Of a DNA stretch of 64,000 nt, positions 1 to 11,502 are shown one piece after another. The DNA is from Octopus vulgaris (taxonomy: Eukaryota). The position numbers were made by a program, and so were the translations under genes. The stretch lies in contig OX597814.1 of the NCBI GenBank assembly GCA_951406725.2, positions 38,068,001 through 38,132,000 of the forward strand. Reading direction: 5' to 3'. How positions within the stretch are numbered: the first letter of the stretch is position 1; each line of letters opens with the position of its first letter. The notes beneath the pieces are model-generated. The model was not told where the DNA came from. It did no database searches and worked only from the letters and a program-made list of their open reading frames with translations.

Positions 1-1788
1 GGAAAACGCTTTCCATACCGCTACAAATCAATTCCCTGATGGTGATTTAATTTACTATTAAATTCATTTAACTTTCATGTGGTAAGAGAGAGAAAAATAT
101 TACTTCAGAAATGGATGTATAGTTACACTGCACTAATCAAACATATTAATTTTGTATAATCACACATTCGAGGGAAGTGCATGGGAAGCAATTTATAACT
201 GATGATGTCAACAATTGTTATGCTGTTGACGATGAGTAGTTGGAGGAGGAGGTGCAGGATTGTTATAAATAATAGAGTGATAAGACAGGGAGAGGGGGAG
301 AAGTCTAGGCACTCACCATAAGATGTGAGCTAGATCCTATGTTAAAGAAAACTAGGTACAAACAATTAGAATAAAATTCGGTAAGGCTACGTTAAAAAGA
401 GATACATTGACAATGTGCTGCAGAGTTCCTTATATATCAGAAAAATTCAAGAGTTTCATGGATGGTTTGTTTTCATCAGGCAAAACTTTAACGATCGACG
501 AAGAGAAAACTTGAGTCTAAACAACAATAATGGAGGTTTAAAAGAACCCTGAACAATGAATATGACTCAGCTTATTTTATTTTAACCAATATAATTACAC
601 ATACACACACGAAAATGTCATAATCTCGTAACATTACATGTCACACCGACGAATGTCTTCTTCGGCTAATAGGTGGGAGTAGTGCAGTGCAAGCTATGTC
701 CGCTGAAAATTATTCATCTGCAGAGGTACTTCCTGTACATCAAATCTCAGTAAAATCATCGAATGTGTTGTTTGGCTGGAATCTGAAAATGCACTTGCGG
801 TTTACTGTATATATAACTGCATAGATCGATAGAGACATACATACATGCATACATACATACATTCATACATACATAAATACATACATAGAGAGACAGACAG
901 ACTGATAGATAGAAAGTTATAGATACACACACAGATACACACGCATATATATAAAAATCATATGCATTTATAAGTGCGTGCGTACGTGCGGGGATGCTTA
1001 AGTGTGATAGGAACATATGCATATTTATAGGTGCATATATCTGTGTGCATGTGTTTATGTCTGTACATGCATAATCTTGTTTATGTCTGTGGTGGATGTT
1101 TATGTTTGCGATCGAGTGAGAAAGCGAGAGAGAGAGAAGTAGAGAGAATGTGTGTGTGTGTGTGTGCGGGTGTGTGTGAGCATGTAAAGGTACGAGAATG
1201 TACGAAGTATTTTTGATTCGTGTTAAAGTTTCTTAATGCGTACCTCATTCACGTCGGAGAAAATGATAGTGTATGTTCATTACGAGAACATGCTTCCAAA
1301 TATAAGATATTATTACACCGATTTTGTTATCGCTAATGTTGCTACAATATATTGATTGATAACATCGGTTAATGTTCACTCTGATAATATTAGCGTTATT
1401 CCGATTGAAGTAATCGTAAAGAGATTATGATAAATACATAAATGTATCGATAGAATAATACGAAAAAAAAGTAAAATAAAATAAGCAGTGCATAGAAATC
1501 TGCATTATATTTCGTATATTAATTCGGATTTAGATTTAATGGAAAATTTGAAACCCAATGCATATATTAAACGAATACAAATTTGAGGAGATATCTTCTA
1601 ACTTCAGTAAATTATATACGACTGGAGAAATTACAGATGATTGCCTTCTTAAACTTCTGTTACCGGAAATGTTTTTTTTTTATGTAATGCAAGCGATATT
1701 TGCAAATTGATGATGTCGTACAGATATTAAAGACAAGGAGACGATTTCCGGCAGAAGTCATCACTAAACTGTTGAAAAAGAGAAAGAG

Positions 1789-1823
<35 letters not shown>

Positions 1824-4336
1824 GAGAGCATCACACAGTAAAGGACATATGCATCTAAGTCGACATAAATATATATATATATGCATATATAACATTTTGA
1901 ATATTTCAGTTTAATAGTAACACTCTAAGCACACACGCATATATTTGCGTATGTATTGATATATGCGTGTGTTTTTGTGTGGGTATAGATATATATATAT
2001 ATATATGTGTGTTTCAGAGTGTGTGTTTGTGCGTATGTATCTGCATACATGCATATTTATATATACTAATTTATTTAACGTACGAATTGGTCATGGTGAA
2101 AACTGACACCTACGTTTTAGTTGAGCGACGTCGGTGAACAAATATTGTTGCAAGAAACGAGATGTAAAAAATGAAGTTGATACGTGATTATTTACCATAC
2201 TCACTCATTACGCACTCTTGGCTATCAGTCGATTTCTTTTTCTTTTTATATCACTCTATTAATATATGTGTGTTTGTACGGCTATATAACGAAAGCGTAG
2301 TGCGGTTGACTCTTCTCAATCGATTCTGAATTCTCAGTTTCAACGACAGTAAAACTTACTAACTGAAATTCCAGAAGGGCTTACACTCTATGACAATTTA
2401 CTCTGATTTATCTGCACATAGTGTAAGTAACCTCTACATTTTCATAATTAAACACATTTTTTTATTGAGCTCATTGTAATGTTCTAAATATGACTTAGTA
2501 TGTGTTCCCGCGGGCGTATGCGAAAGTATGCATTACGTTCAAAGAGGAGTGAATTGAGCACTCTAAATATATATCATGGAGCTTAAATACCTGTATTTAT
2601 AGTTTTCTTTGGCGATACTTTTTATGATTTTCCCCAGACTCAAGAAGTTCGACTGTTCCTTTTAAATTTTGAAGTAGGTCACAATTTCACCGTTTAAATC
2701 AATTTTTATGGTAAAGTGTGATTGAGTTTATAATTTGATTGCCTCTTTGTCATTATGCTGTATCTCGATGCAACTTAGAACAGTTGGAAGTGCATTTTAG
2801 TGTCAGTAACTATAACATTCTTTCTTACTTTGAATGGCATCAGTATTGAAAGAGAAATGAAGATTTGATTTTGAATATAAAAAAGCTCAATAAATTTTTT
2901 AAACAACTTTAACAAGAAAATATTTATTTTTAAACAGCAGAATACTACTGATTTTAGCAAAATGGTATTTCTATTTTCTATATAAAGGATATTGGATATG
3001 ATATAACAGTTTATAGCAAAGTGTGAAGCACATAATATGAAGTGATTATTAATTGCTCAATGTAAGCCAACAGAGAGTCACAAAACGAGCATCAAAATGA
3101 TATTCCAATTTTATTCTTACAGGATATTGTTGGCTGTTGCAATATAGAAATTTCGGCGCAAAAATAGACGATATTGCCATGCTCGTAGTTTTTATAGATG
3201 GACATATAGAAATGATTACAGGTCAAGCTCGTCAAGACATGTTTTTTCTCGGAAAGCTTTCAAATAAAACACTATAGTAATAGAGAAATTTCCCTCGTTC
3301 CTGATAGATATTTGCCCATATATATATATAGTAAAACTAACGTTATTCGAACTATTGCTAATGTAATTTTTCGGTAGAAAATTGGGAAAGATAAGGTACG
3401 TTTACGCCTGGATAATTACGTGCACGTATTTCTGTTAACGGATTTCGAAATAAGAAGCGACGTGATGTAGTATAATATAACATTATGCATCTTTAAATGT
3501 TTATGTTTGCTGCATGAACTTCAGAAGTGCTCCTAATATAGGGATGATGAATGCTGATTATACAGCGTGTGCTCTTTGGACGATCGTACCAGTTTACTCT
3601 CCTTTTCCTAACTCATAGAATAAATCGACGAGTCATTTCCTAGGTGTACACTATATTCTGATAAACCTCGTCCTCGTCCCCGTCTTGTATTGAGAAGAAC
3701 TCTGTAAAATATGCCATAATCAATGTATAAAACTTAAATATGGCCCCGCCTAATAATATTCCATTCCAGCTGGAATTTCCATAGAACATACTGGCTCTTC
3801 ATTAAACATTCAGTTGGGTTTGGTTTTATTTATTTTGACCTGTAAATGAACAGCCTTTTCGCTATGTAAAGATTGTTGAATATGATCTCTTCGAAAAATT
3901 TTCCTGTAATCAATCTCTTCATAGCATGTTGGTTCAAATTGCTTTATATTTCCAGGAAATTTTCTCTGTATAAGGGATGAGAAGTAAAGTGTACTACTCA
4001 CTGGTGTCTTTCATAAACTATGCAACAACTATTATTTCAGTAGTTTCAGTATAGCATACATCTGAGAGGTGAAGCAAAGGTTTTAAATGTTTTGACACCC
4101 AGCGAAATTGATCATGATGTAAGCGCAATGCCCCTTGCGTCCATGTATCATCTAATATCTTTATACTTGTGCAACATTGTGGCCTACATATTTCAGCCCC
4201 TTAAAGAAGTATTTCTATATGGAAGAATAGAGTGCTACAATATCAAACTGAGTGTACATCTTGACTGTTTTGGCCAAGGTACAACGGATGAATTTCATAT
4301 TAATAACATTACAGTTATTGTCAACAACTTTTAAAT

Positions 4337-4373
<37 letters not shown>

Positions 4374-4604
4374 GCACACACATATACACACACGCACACA
4401 CACGCACACACACACACACACACACAGACACACACATATATATATATATATAACCCTAAAATAGCTCCCTCTTGACGCGTTATAAATCATCATGTGAACA
4501 TGTTCTCAAACTTTTTTCAGTAGGCTCTCCGTATATGCATGTTATCATCCTATTCACACAGACTCACACACATACACATACACAAACACACACACACATA
4601 CATA

Positions 4605-4790
4605 TTCCCGACAACATGGTTCTGGTTTCCGCATGGCACAGTGGACAAGTGTCTTCCAATATAACCTCGGGCCGACTGAAGCAGTGCGAGTGAAATAAGC
4701 GGCAGGCTTTAAAAAATATAAAGATAGATTAATTCAATAAAAATTTTTCAAGGCAATGCCAAGAGAAGTATAAGATAAAATATATGAAAT
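4605..4790 (+). mobile_element. Degenerate SINE family A fragment
   Basis: caagtgtcttccaatataacctcgggccgac matches the family A core (caagtgtcttctactatagcctcgggccgacc) seen in better copies at 18.3, 42.5 and 56.3 kb. Confidence 0.55.
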
Positions 4791-7319
4791 AAAAGATACC
4801 TTCATCCACATATATATTTATACGCACACAGACAGACACACATACTTACACATTCACACATACATACTGTAGTATATATAATTTTCTGAAAATACCTGTT
4901 AATTACATATGTGATACTTTTTTTCTGTTATGCACTTTAATAATAAAGCATCATTTGTAACAAGGTATGTATGTTATTCTCATTCTACAATATGGTAAAC
5001 TATACTATATTCCTAGATTCCGCTCGCCGCCATTCCGTCCTTGAGGCATAATCACATATCTTGTTGAATACTAGGTTGGAATAGTAATGTAAGTTGTTTA
5101 AATATATTGCAACAGTATACAGTAATGTTATCTTAAAATCCTTCTCAACGCTATATAATTTCTTTTGTTCTTTGTTGTCTTCTTCGTTTAATTTTTTTTA
5201 CCCATTAGCTTTCGAAGAGATCTTTAGAAATAGCATCTGTTTAAATCCTGGTTAAATATTAATGTGACAAATATTTGAAATATTGCAATGTCAAATCATG
5301 AGAGAAATTATTTCTTCTTCTTCGTACAGAGCGCTTGTTTGACAAGCAAAATATTCTGTCAAAAGCAAATATAATTTTAGCGGACGTCTATAGTACTTGA
5401 GATTTGAAGCTGTCATTTTCGAAAAAACACAAATAGTCGGTCTGTGAATTCTTCTAATTTCAGAATAAATTCTTTAGAATTCGTCTTCTCCCAACGACGG
5501 TAACTTGCAATCATGTAATTTTATTTCTCCATACATTAGTAAATATTTATGTTATAATAAACCCAAAGAGCATACTGATGGCAAGATTAAAATTATAGTG
5601 AAATTAACCATCAATTATTTACGGTTCATTTGATATGTGATTGAAGCTCATTCTTTCAGCTTCCATAGGTTTAAGAAATCCATAAAGGAAATGTACATTT
5701 TGTAAGTCATCAATCAATTTTTCATCCTGCGGAATAAAGTATGATTTTTGTTTTGCTATATAATATTTGGAGTTACATGACAAGCATAGGTCTCCTACAC
5801 ACGATTCCATCATTCAGCTTAAAGACGTCTCCGTCATTCAGCGTAAATATAGACTGAATAAGAAGTGTAAACATGATAAAGTATAATATATTTCTTACAA
5901 GTAAATATGTTGAACACAGATTAGGTTTCTTCTTGACTGTTTTCAGCATTAAGTACTTTAGCTGTACAATACGTGTTTAAAGAAGACAGATAAATAAATA
6001 ACGTATAGGCTTCAGTATTATTAACATATTTGTTGAATTCTCAAAGGATATTGTTGCGCGAATGGTAAAAAATTGCTAATCATATTAAAACAGAAAATAC
6101 AGTGAACCCTACAATCTTTCATAAAATTAATATACAAATGAATATTGAAGACTTTGTAGAAAAAAGCTACTGTTGAGGAATAGTTCCTGCATATCGACAG
6201 ACGAAAATTTGGGCATATATACGTTTAGGTATGTAGAACGAAGTAGAAATGTGTTGAAACTATTTGAATGAAAGGTTGAATAAGAATACGTAGTTCAAAA
6301 AAGGAAGAGCGAAACAGAAGAGGGAGAACATTTGATGTGGAAGGAGAACTGGTCGGGACATTGGGTAAAATATTTTATATAGGAAAGGATGAAGAAACCA
6401 TATATCGACAAATAGATTTGTGTATGTGTGTGTGCAAATAGATTTGTGTATGTGTGTGTATGTGTGTGTGCATGAATGCATGTAAAATAAGAAAAAAATT
6501 ATGTATGTATTTCATTTTACAGCTGTAATAGACTTTATGCGCAACCTAGTAATTCCTTATGTATATGGTAGCTTTTACTCCTACGATTATGTTTGAATTA
6601 TAAATTCCATCCTCTTCAGTGATACACATTTTATCTGTTCATTCTCTCTTCATAATATATAGCAATGCATCTATGTATGCATATATATATAACAGCGTCT
6701 GATTTCCTCGCTATTTTTGGAGTGTTATTTTCTTCCATTTACTAAATAGAAATTAAATTATTCAAGCAGTAAACAATTATCAATTTCTTGCTAAATACTC
6801 TTAATCACTTATAATTTGAAAGAAATTTGTTACAGCATTATACGGACATAATTCGATTCAAATAGTTTTCCTGTAAGATGTAGAACAAATTATTTATTAT
6901 TCATAGGCATATCTGGTTTCACTAAATGTTTAGCACTATACTTCATTGCATCCTGAACATATTCAACTTGCAACAACATGCCATTTGGCATTTCCGCCGT
7001 TAAATGCTTAGTGATGCTTTCTCATGCTCTAATAATCATAGAGGTCACTCACGATTTGAATATTGGAGAAAATCTGAATAATACGATACCCGCTCCATTC
7101 ACGCTTGTGCGTCTACACTAAACCAGCTAATTATATACTCTTTGACTAACAGCTAACATAAGTAAACTTATATCACGAACATTTTGTTAATATTTTGAAT
7201 ACTCTAATCAAGTATAGAAAAATACCAGTTATTGTTCTATATATTCACAACCATATCATTTTATTTTAAAATTTATTTTTAGGTTTTAATCGGTTAATAT
7301 ATTGATTAAGATCATAGTA

Positions 7320-7510
7320 GGGCACCGCCAACAAACATGTTCAATCGGCCTCTCTTAAATACAACCACACACATAGACACACATACATACACACGACAGA
7401 CTTCAATACCGTTTCGGTTACCAAACATCCTCAAGAAGTATTGGTCGATGCGGGGTGTCGTAAAAGACATATATTCAAGGTGCTATGCAGTGTGACTGTA
7501 CTGTATGTCA
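7320..7510 (-). mobile_element. Degenerate SINE family A fragment
   Basis: acacgacagacttc...gtttcggttaccaaac...aagacatatattcaaggtgctatgcagtgtgactg resembles the reverse-complemented family A head. Confidence 0.45.
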
Positions 7511-7561
7511 CGTATATGCGAACCGAAAAATTGAATCAGTTATGCATACCCCAGTATTTAT

Positions 7562-7580
7562 ATAGTAGTAGTAGTAGTAA

Positions 7581-7646
<66 letters not shown>

Positions 7647-7678
7647 CAGTAGCAGTAGTAGTAGTAGTAGTAGTAGTA

Positions 7679-7762
<84 letters not shown>
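7562..7762 (+). repeat. Compound trinucleotide microsatellite (AGT)n-(GAT)n-(AAT)n
   Basis: Read directly; explains the poly-S/D/N ORF 7441..7899. Confidence 0.97.
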
Positions 7763-7764
<2 letters not shown>

Positions 7765-8050
7765 TCAGATACCAAGAAACCCCAAAATGGCAGAAATTCA
7801 AAAGATAGTGCTCATTGGAACTGCTTATATCCTACGCAAAATACTTTCTATGTAATCTCAAGTTTAAAAACAAACATAATTTTCGTATGTTTTTTTTAGA
7901 CATTCAATAGTACAACACTAAATACAAAACCAAATATATGGCACACTAGGCATAACAACAACATGAACTTCCAACCTGTTGTCTCTTGAGGTCTCTGGGT
8001 GAGACTTGGAGCCAACTTGTACAAATATAAAGCAAAAGTCAAACATATGA
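7765..8050 (+). mobile_element. 3' end of an R4/Dong-type (RLE) non-LTR retrotransposon
   Basis: Translates QIPRNPKMAEIQKIVLIGTAYILRKILSM*, fitting the C-terminal QKxxLLGTAxILR motif of R4/Dong ORFs; followed by a 3'UTR and flanked on both sides by (AAT)n. Confidence 0.75.
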
Positions 8051-8160
8051 TAATAATAATCATAATAATAATTATAATATGTATAACAACAAAAGATTGA
8101 GACCTTGGTATTTGTAGAAATAATGGATTATTTCAGATATTTGTGCAGGCGTGGTTTATA

Positions 8161-8321
8161 GGTGCAAGTGAGAGTGTGAGGTAAGTCGATTGCTAACCAG
8201 CCACATGGTTCCTTGTTCAGTCCCCCTACGTGGCACATTGGGCAAGAAACGTCTACTGTAGCCTCGGCAGATCAAAGACTTGTGAATGTATTTAGTCCAC
8301 GGAAAGTGAAAGAAGACTGTC

Positions 8322-8381
<60 letters not shown>

Positions 8382-9202
8382 ATATAATAATAAGAGTAAA
8401 TAATTCCTATAATGTTTTTTTAAAAAACCAACATTTATTTATTGGTAGAATTCGGTATGTAAATATAACCGATTACCGGTAGGAACTTCTGTAAAGTTCA
8501 ATATATATATATTGTATATAAATTAATGGGGCAGGCAACAGGTTGCTTGGCCGCATACTGAAAACTTAGAAATAGCAGTCAAGACTGTTTATTTCTATTT
8601 CTTACAAGTGGGACTCCACACACGACATATCCCTATAATTCACATACGCAAAACAGAAGGAATAAATAAAGTCTGACGGTTATTTGCGAACATCATGTTT
8701 CTGGATTATAAATATATTGAATATATATTTCATATCTATTTTTACTATATATTTCATATACATTACATATATATTTCACATTCGTCATCGGCGCAACTCT
8801 CTATTGAAATAGATTTATCAAATGCTACGTACCTCGAACCTTCTGATCATGCGACATCAAAAGAGTTGAAGAAAGCGAGCATGGGCTAAACCTAAATACA
8901 CAGTTGAATTTGTAAATCCTCCCTCCAAAATGTTGCCATGCGCATTACAAAAATAGTTCCTTAGAGGTAGAAAGTATGGGTTGTCGTATAGTTGTGCGTG
9001 TGTGTGTGTTTGTCACGCCACCATCGTTTGACCACCGATGTTGGTGCGTTTACGTCCGTGTAACGTAGCGGCTCGGCAAAAGAGAAAGGTACAGTAAGTA
9101 CTAGGCTTTCAAAGAATAAGTCCTGCGGTTGATTTGTTCGACTAAAGACTGTGCTCCACTATGTCTGCAGACAAATAAATGAAACAAATAAAAGAATAAA
9201 AG

Positions 9203-9203
<1 letters not shown>
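8161..9203 (+). mobile_element. SINE family A split by a ~600-bp insertion in its internal (TA)n (head 8161-8323, tail ~8996-9203)
   Basis: Head ccacatggttcc..gttcagtccc..gggcaag..gaaagaagactgtcg and tail accgatgttggtgcgtttacgtcc..gaataagtcctg..gaaacaaataaaaga align to the intact copy at 18245-18610. Confidence 0.8.
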
Positions 9204-9259
<56 letters not shown>

Positions 9260-9264
9260 ATATA

Positions 9265-9832
9265 TACAACATTCTTCAAAGTGAAGTGTTTCTTTCATGT
9301 TGATGAACTGATGATATACAGATAGAGCCAAATCAGGAGAATATGGTGAGTGATCAACTAGTTCAAAGCCAGTCACGCACACCAGCCATTGCAAGGAAGA
9401 TTATGTCTATTAGAGAGAACTTTCATCAAATTTCTTTGATGTTTCGTCTCGGTAGCGTATCGTATATAAGTACTATGCCTCTGCAAGTTGGCATAGTACT
9501 TTCCATTGATGGTGTAGGTTTTTTGAAGAAAGTCAACAAACAGAGTGCCTTTTGTTTTGCAAAAACTGCGGCCATCACATTCCTTTGCAAACGAAGAGAT
9601 CTTAGACTTCTTTGGAGCTAGTGAGAAGGGATTTATCCATCGCATGGTTTACCTCTTTCTCTGAAGCTGAAGGGATGATTCCAACACTCATTTTAAGTTA
9701 AGAAACATTCAAGGAAACAAGTTGGATCAGCCTCATACAATGTGATATTTTCCGTTGATTCGATCGGACTGTTGGGCTTTTTCTCAGATGACGTGGCACT
9801 CATAGAGCAGAAACCTTCGTCATGCAAGTTCT
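9265..9832 (-). mobile_element. Mariner transposase pseudogene fragment (Himar1/irritans-like)
   Basis: Broken frames give MTKVSAL*VPRHL (WVPR motif), KGTLFVDFLQKTYTINGKYYANL and HSPYSPDLA (YSPDL motif); stops and frameshifts present. Confidence 0.85.
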
Positions 9833-9834
9833 TA

Positions 9835-10510
9835 TACCAGGTTATTAACGAAGTAAACGAGCATCAAATGACACAGACCTGAAATGTGTTGTTCTTTGCT
9901 GTCATGGCAGAAAAGTGAAAACATTTTGTATCATATTGTTACGTCTGATGTAAAATGAATTCTTTTCAACAATAGCAAACGTGGTGCACGGTGGTTGGAT
10001 AGAGACATAATGCAAAAAAGAATATTCACCAATAAAAGCTAATGTTGTCTGTTTGGTGGGCCAGCACTGGTGTTACCTACTACAGATTCCTGAGACGTGC
10101 TACGTCAATTACAGCGGATGCATACATCAACCAACTGGATAAAATGACGTGTGAACCTGCAATGAAACAACTGATATTGGTCAATAGAGACAAGTCACTT
10201 CTCTTGCAAACAATGCTAGACAACATGTTGCTCAAAGAACGCTACTCAAGTTGCAGGTACTGAAATTGTAAGAACTCTGTAATTTACCATATTCATCGGA
10301 TCTTGCACCAAATGACTATCACGTTTTCCAGGCATTAGACTACTTATTTCTGGGAAAAAAACTTCAAATCTGAAGAAGAGGCAAAAACAGACTTTCGTGA
10401 TTTCTTAATCTGTTGCTCTCCAGAATCTTTCGCTGCTGGCATAAATAAGCTGTCGATAAATTGAAACAATTCTGTTGATAATTTAGGAGCATACTTTGAA
10501 TAACAGATTT
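9835..10510 (+). mobile_element. Mariner transposase pseudogene fragment (Hsmar1/cecropia-like)
   Basis: IVTSDVK*ILFNN (IVTGDEKW-like), KLMLSVWW..GVTYY..ITADAYINQL, PYSSDLAPNDYHVFQAL and FAAGINKL; multiple lesions. Confidence 0.85.
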
Positions 10511-11110
10511 GCATTTTGGCTTCTTAGAGTGTGAAGTACGATATTCAAAATAAGGACAATGAAGAATAATATTATAATAGTTCGAAATGTTTTTCGATAG
10601 CACCAATCACATATTGTTGCTTATTCATATGCAGCAATTTATGTATTATTAGTACGATCACTACAGGACATATAAATATGACACTGTTTGATGAGGAATT
10701 TTCCGCCTCAATTATCTTGTATTAGACTTGTTAGTAGTAGTATTAAACTCCAATCATTACACAAAGATGTGCTTTTCTCAACTGCTTCTTTGGGTGAAAT
10801 TCAGTAGCATTATTAAGTTCTGTAGCATATATATGTGTATATATATATATATATTTATATCAACACGCAAGCACATATACGACTTTTTCAGAATATCATT
10901 TTTGCGTTATTACGTAAATAATAGTACTGAACATATATAATTTCACTAGCTCATCTCAGGCGGTATTTAAACATTGGTTTCAGAGATACACTGGCGTACC
11001 AAAGAATTTTAAAAATTAAAGGTATAAATTCAATTTCAAGTCTCAATGTAGCTTTGTCGGTAACTGAACATCACCATAGATTTTACAGGAAACCTGTAAC
11101 GCACTAATAA

Positions 11111-11502
11111 TCTTTATATATAAAAGTAAGGTTGTGTGTCTGTCTCCTACGATTTAGATTCCTAACTACTCCCACATATTACGGTGCAGTTTAACTAAAA
11201 TCGTGTATCTTATAGTCGTGATTCATATCGAGCCCTTCTGGGTATTAGCGCGCGTCTACGATGAGTCTACGATTAAAAAAAAAATTACCATCATTTTTTT
11301 CCATTTTAATGCATTGTTCGCTATTATATAAGGGAAGTAACTCTCTAAAAATGTCTACGATGAGTTAACGATTTTAAAATTTACCATATTTTTTTTCCAT
11401 TTTTAATGCACTTTTTTGCCATTTTTTTAGCTATAACTCTCTAAAAATGCTTATATAGTTATTTCCCTTACAAGCCCGAGCAACGCCGGGCGATACTGCT
11501 AG
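11111..11502 (+). mobile_element. Non-autonomous Helitron (~390 bp)
   Basis: 5' A|TCtttatatataaa; 3' hairpin cccgagcaacgccggg followed by CTAG|T; inserted between A and T without a TSD; internal duplication of gtctacgatgagt...tttaccat...ccattttaatgca. Confidence 0.85.

Noticed and set aside
9101-10263. Mariner ORFs as functional transposase or SETMAR-like genes
   Set aside because: Fragmented by stops and frameshifts, the N-terminal halves are missing and no SET domain is nearby
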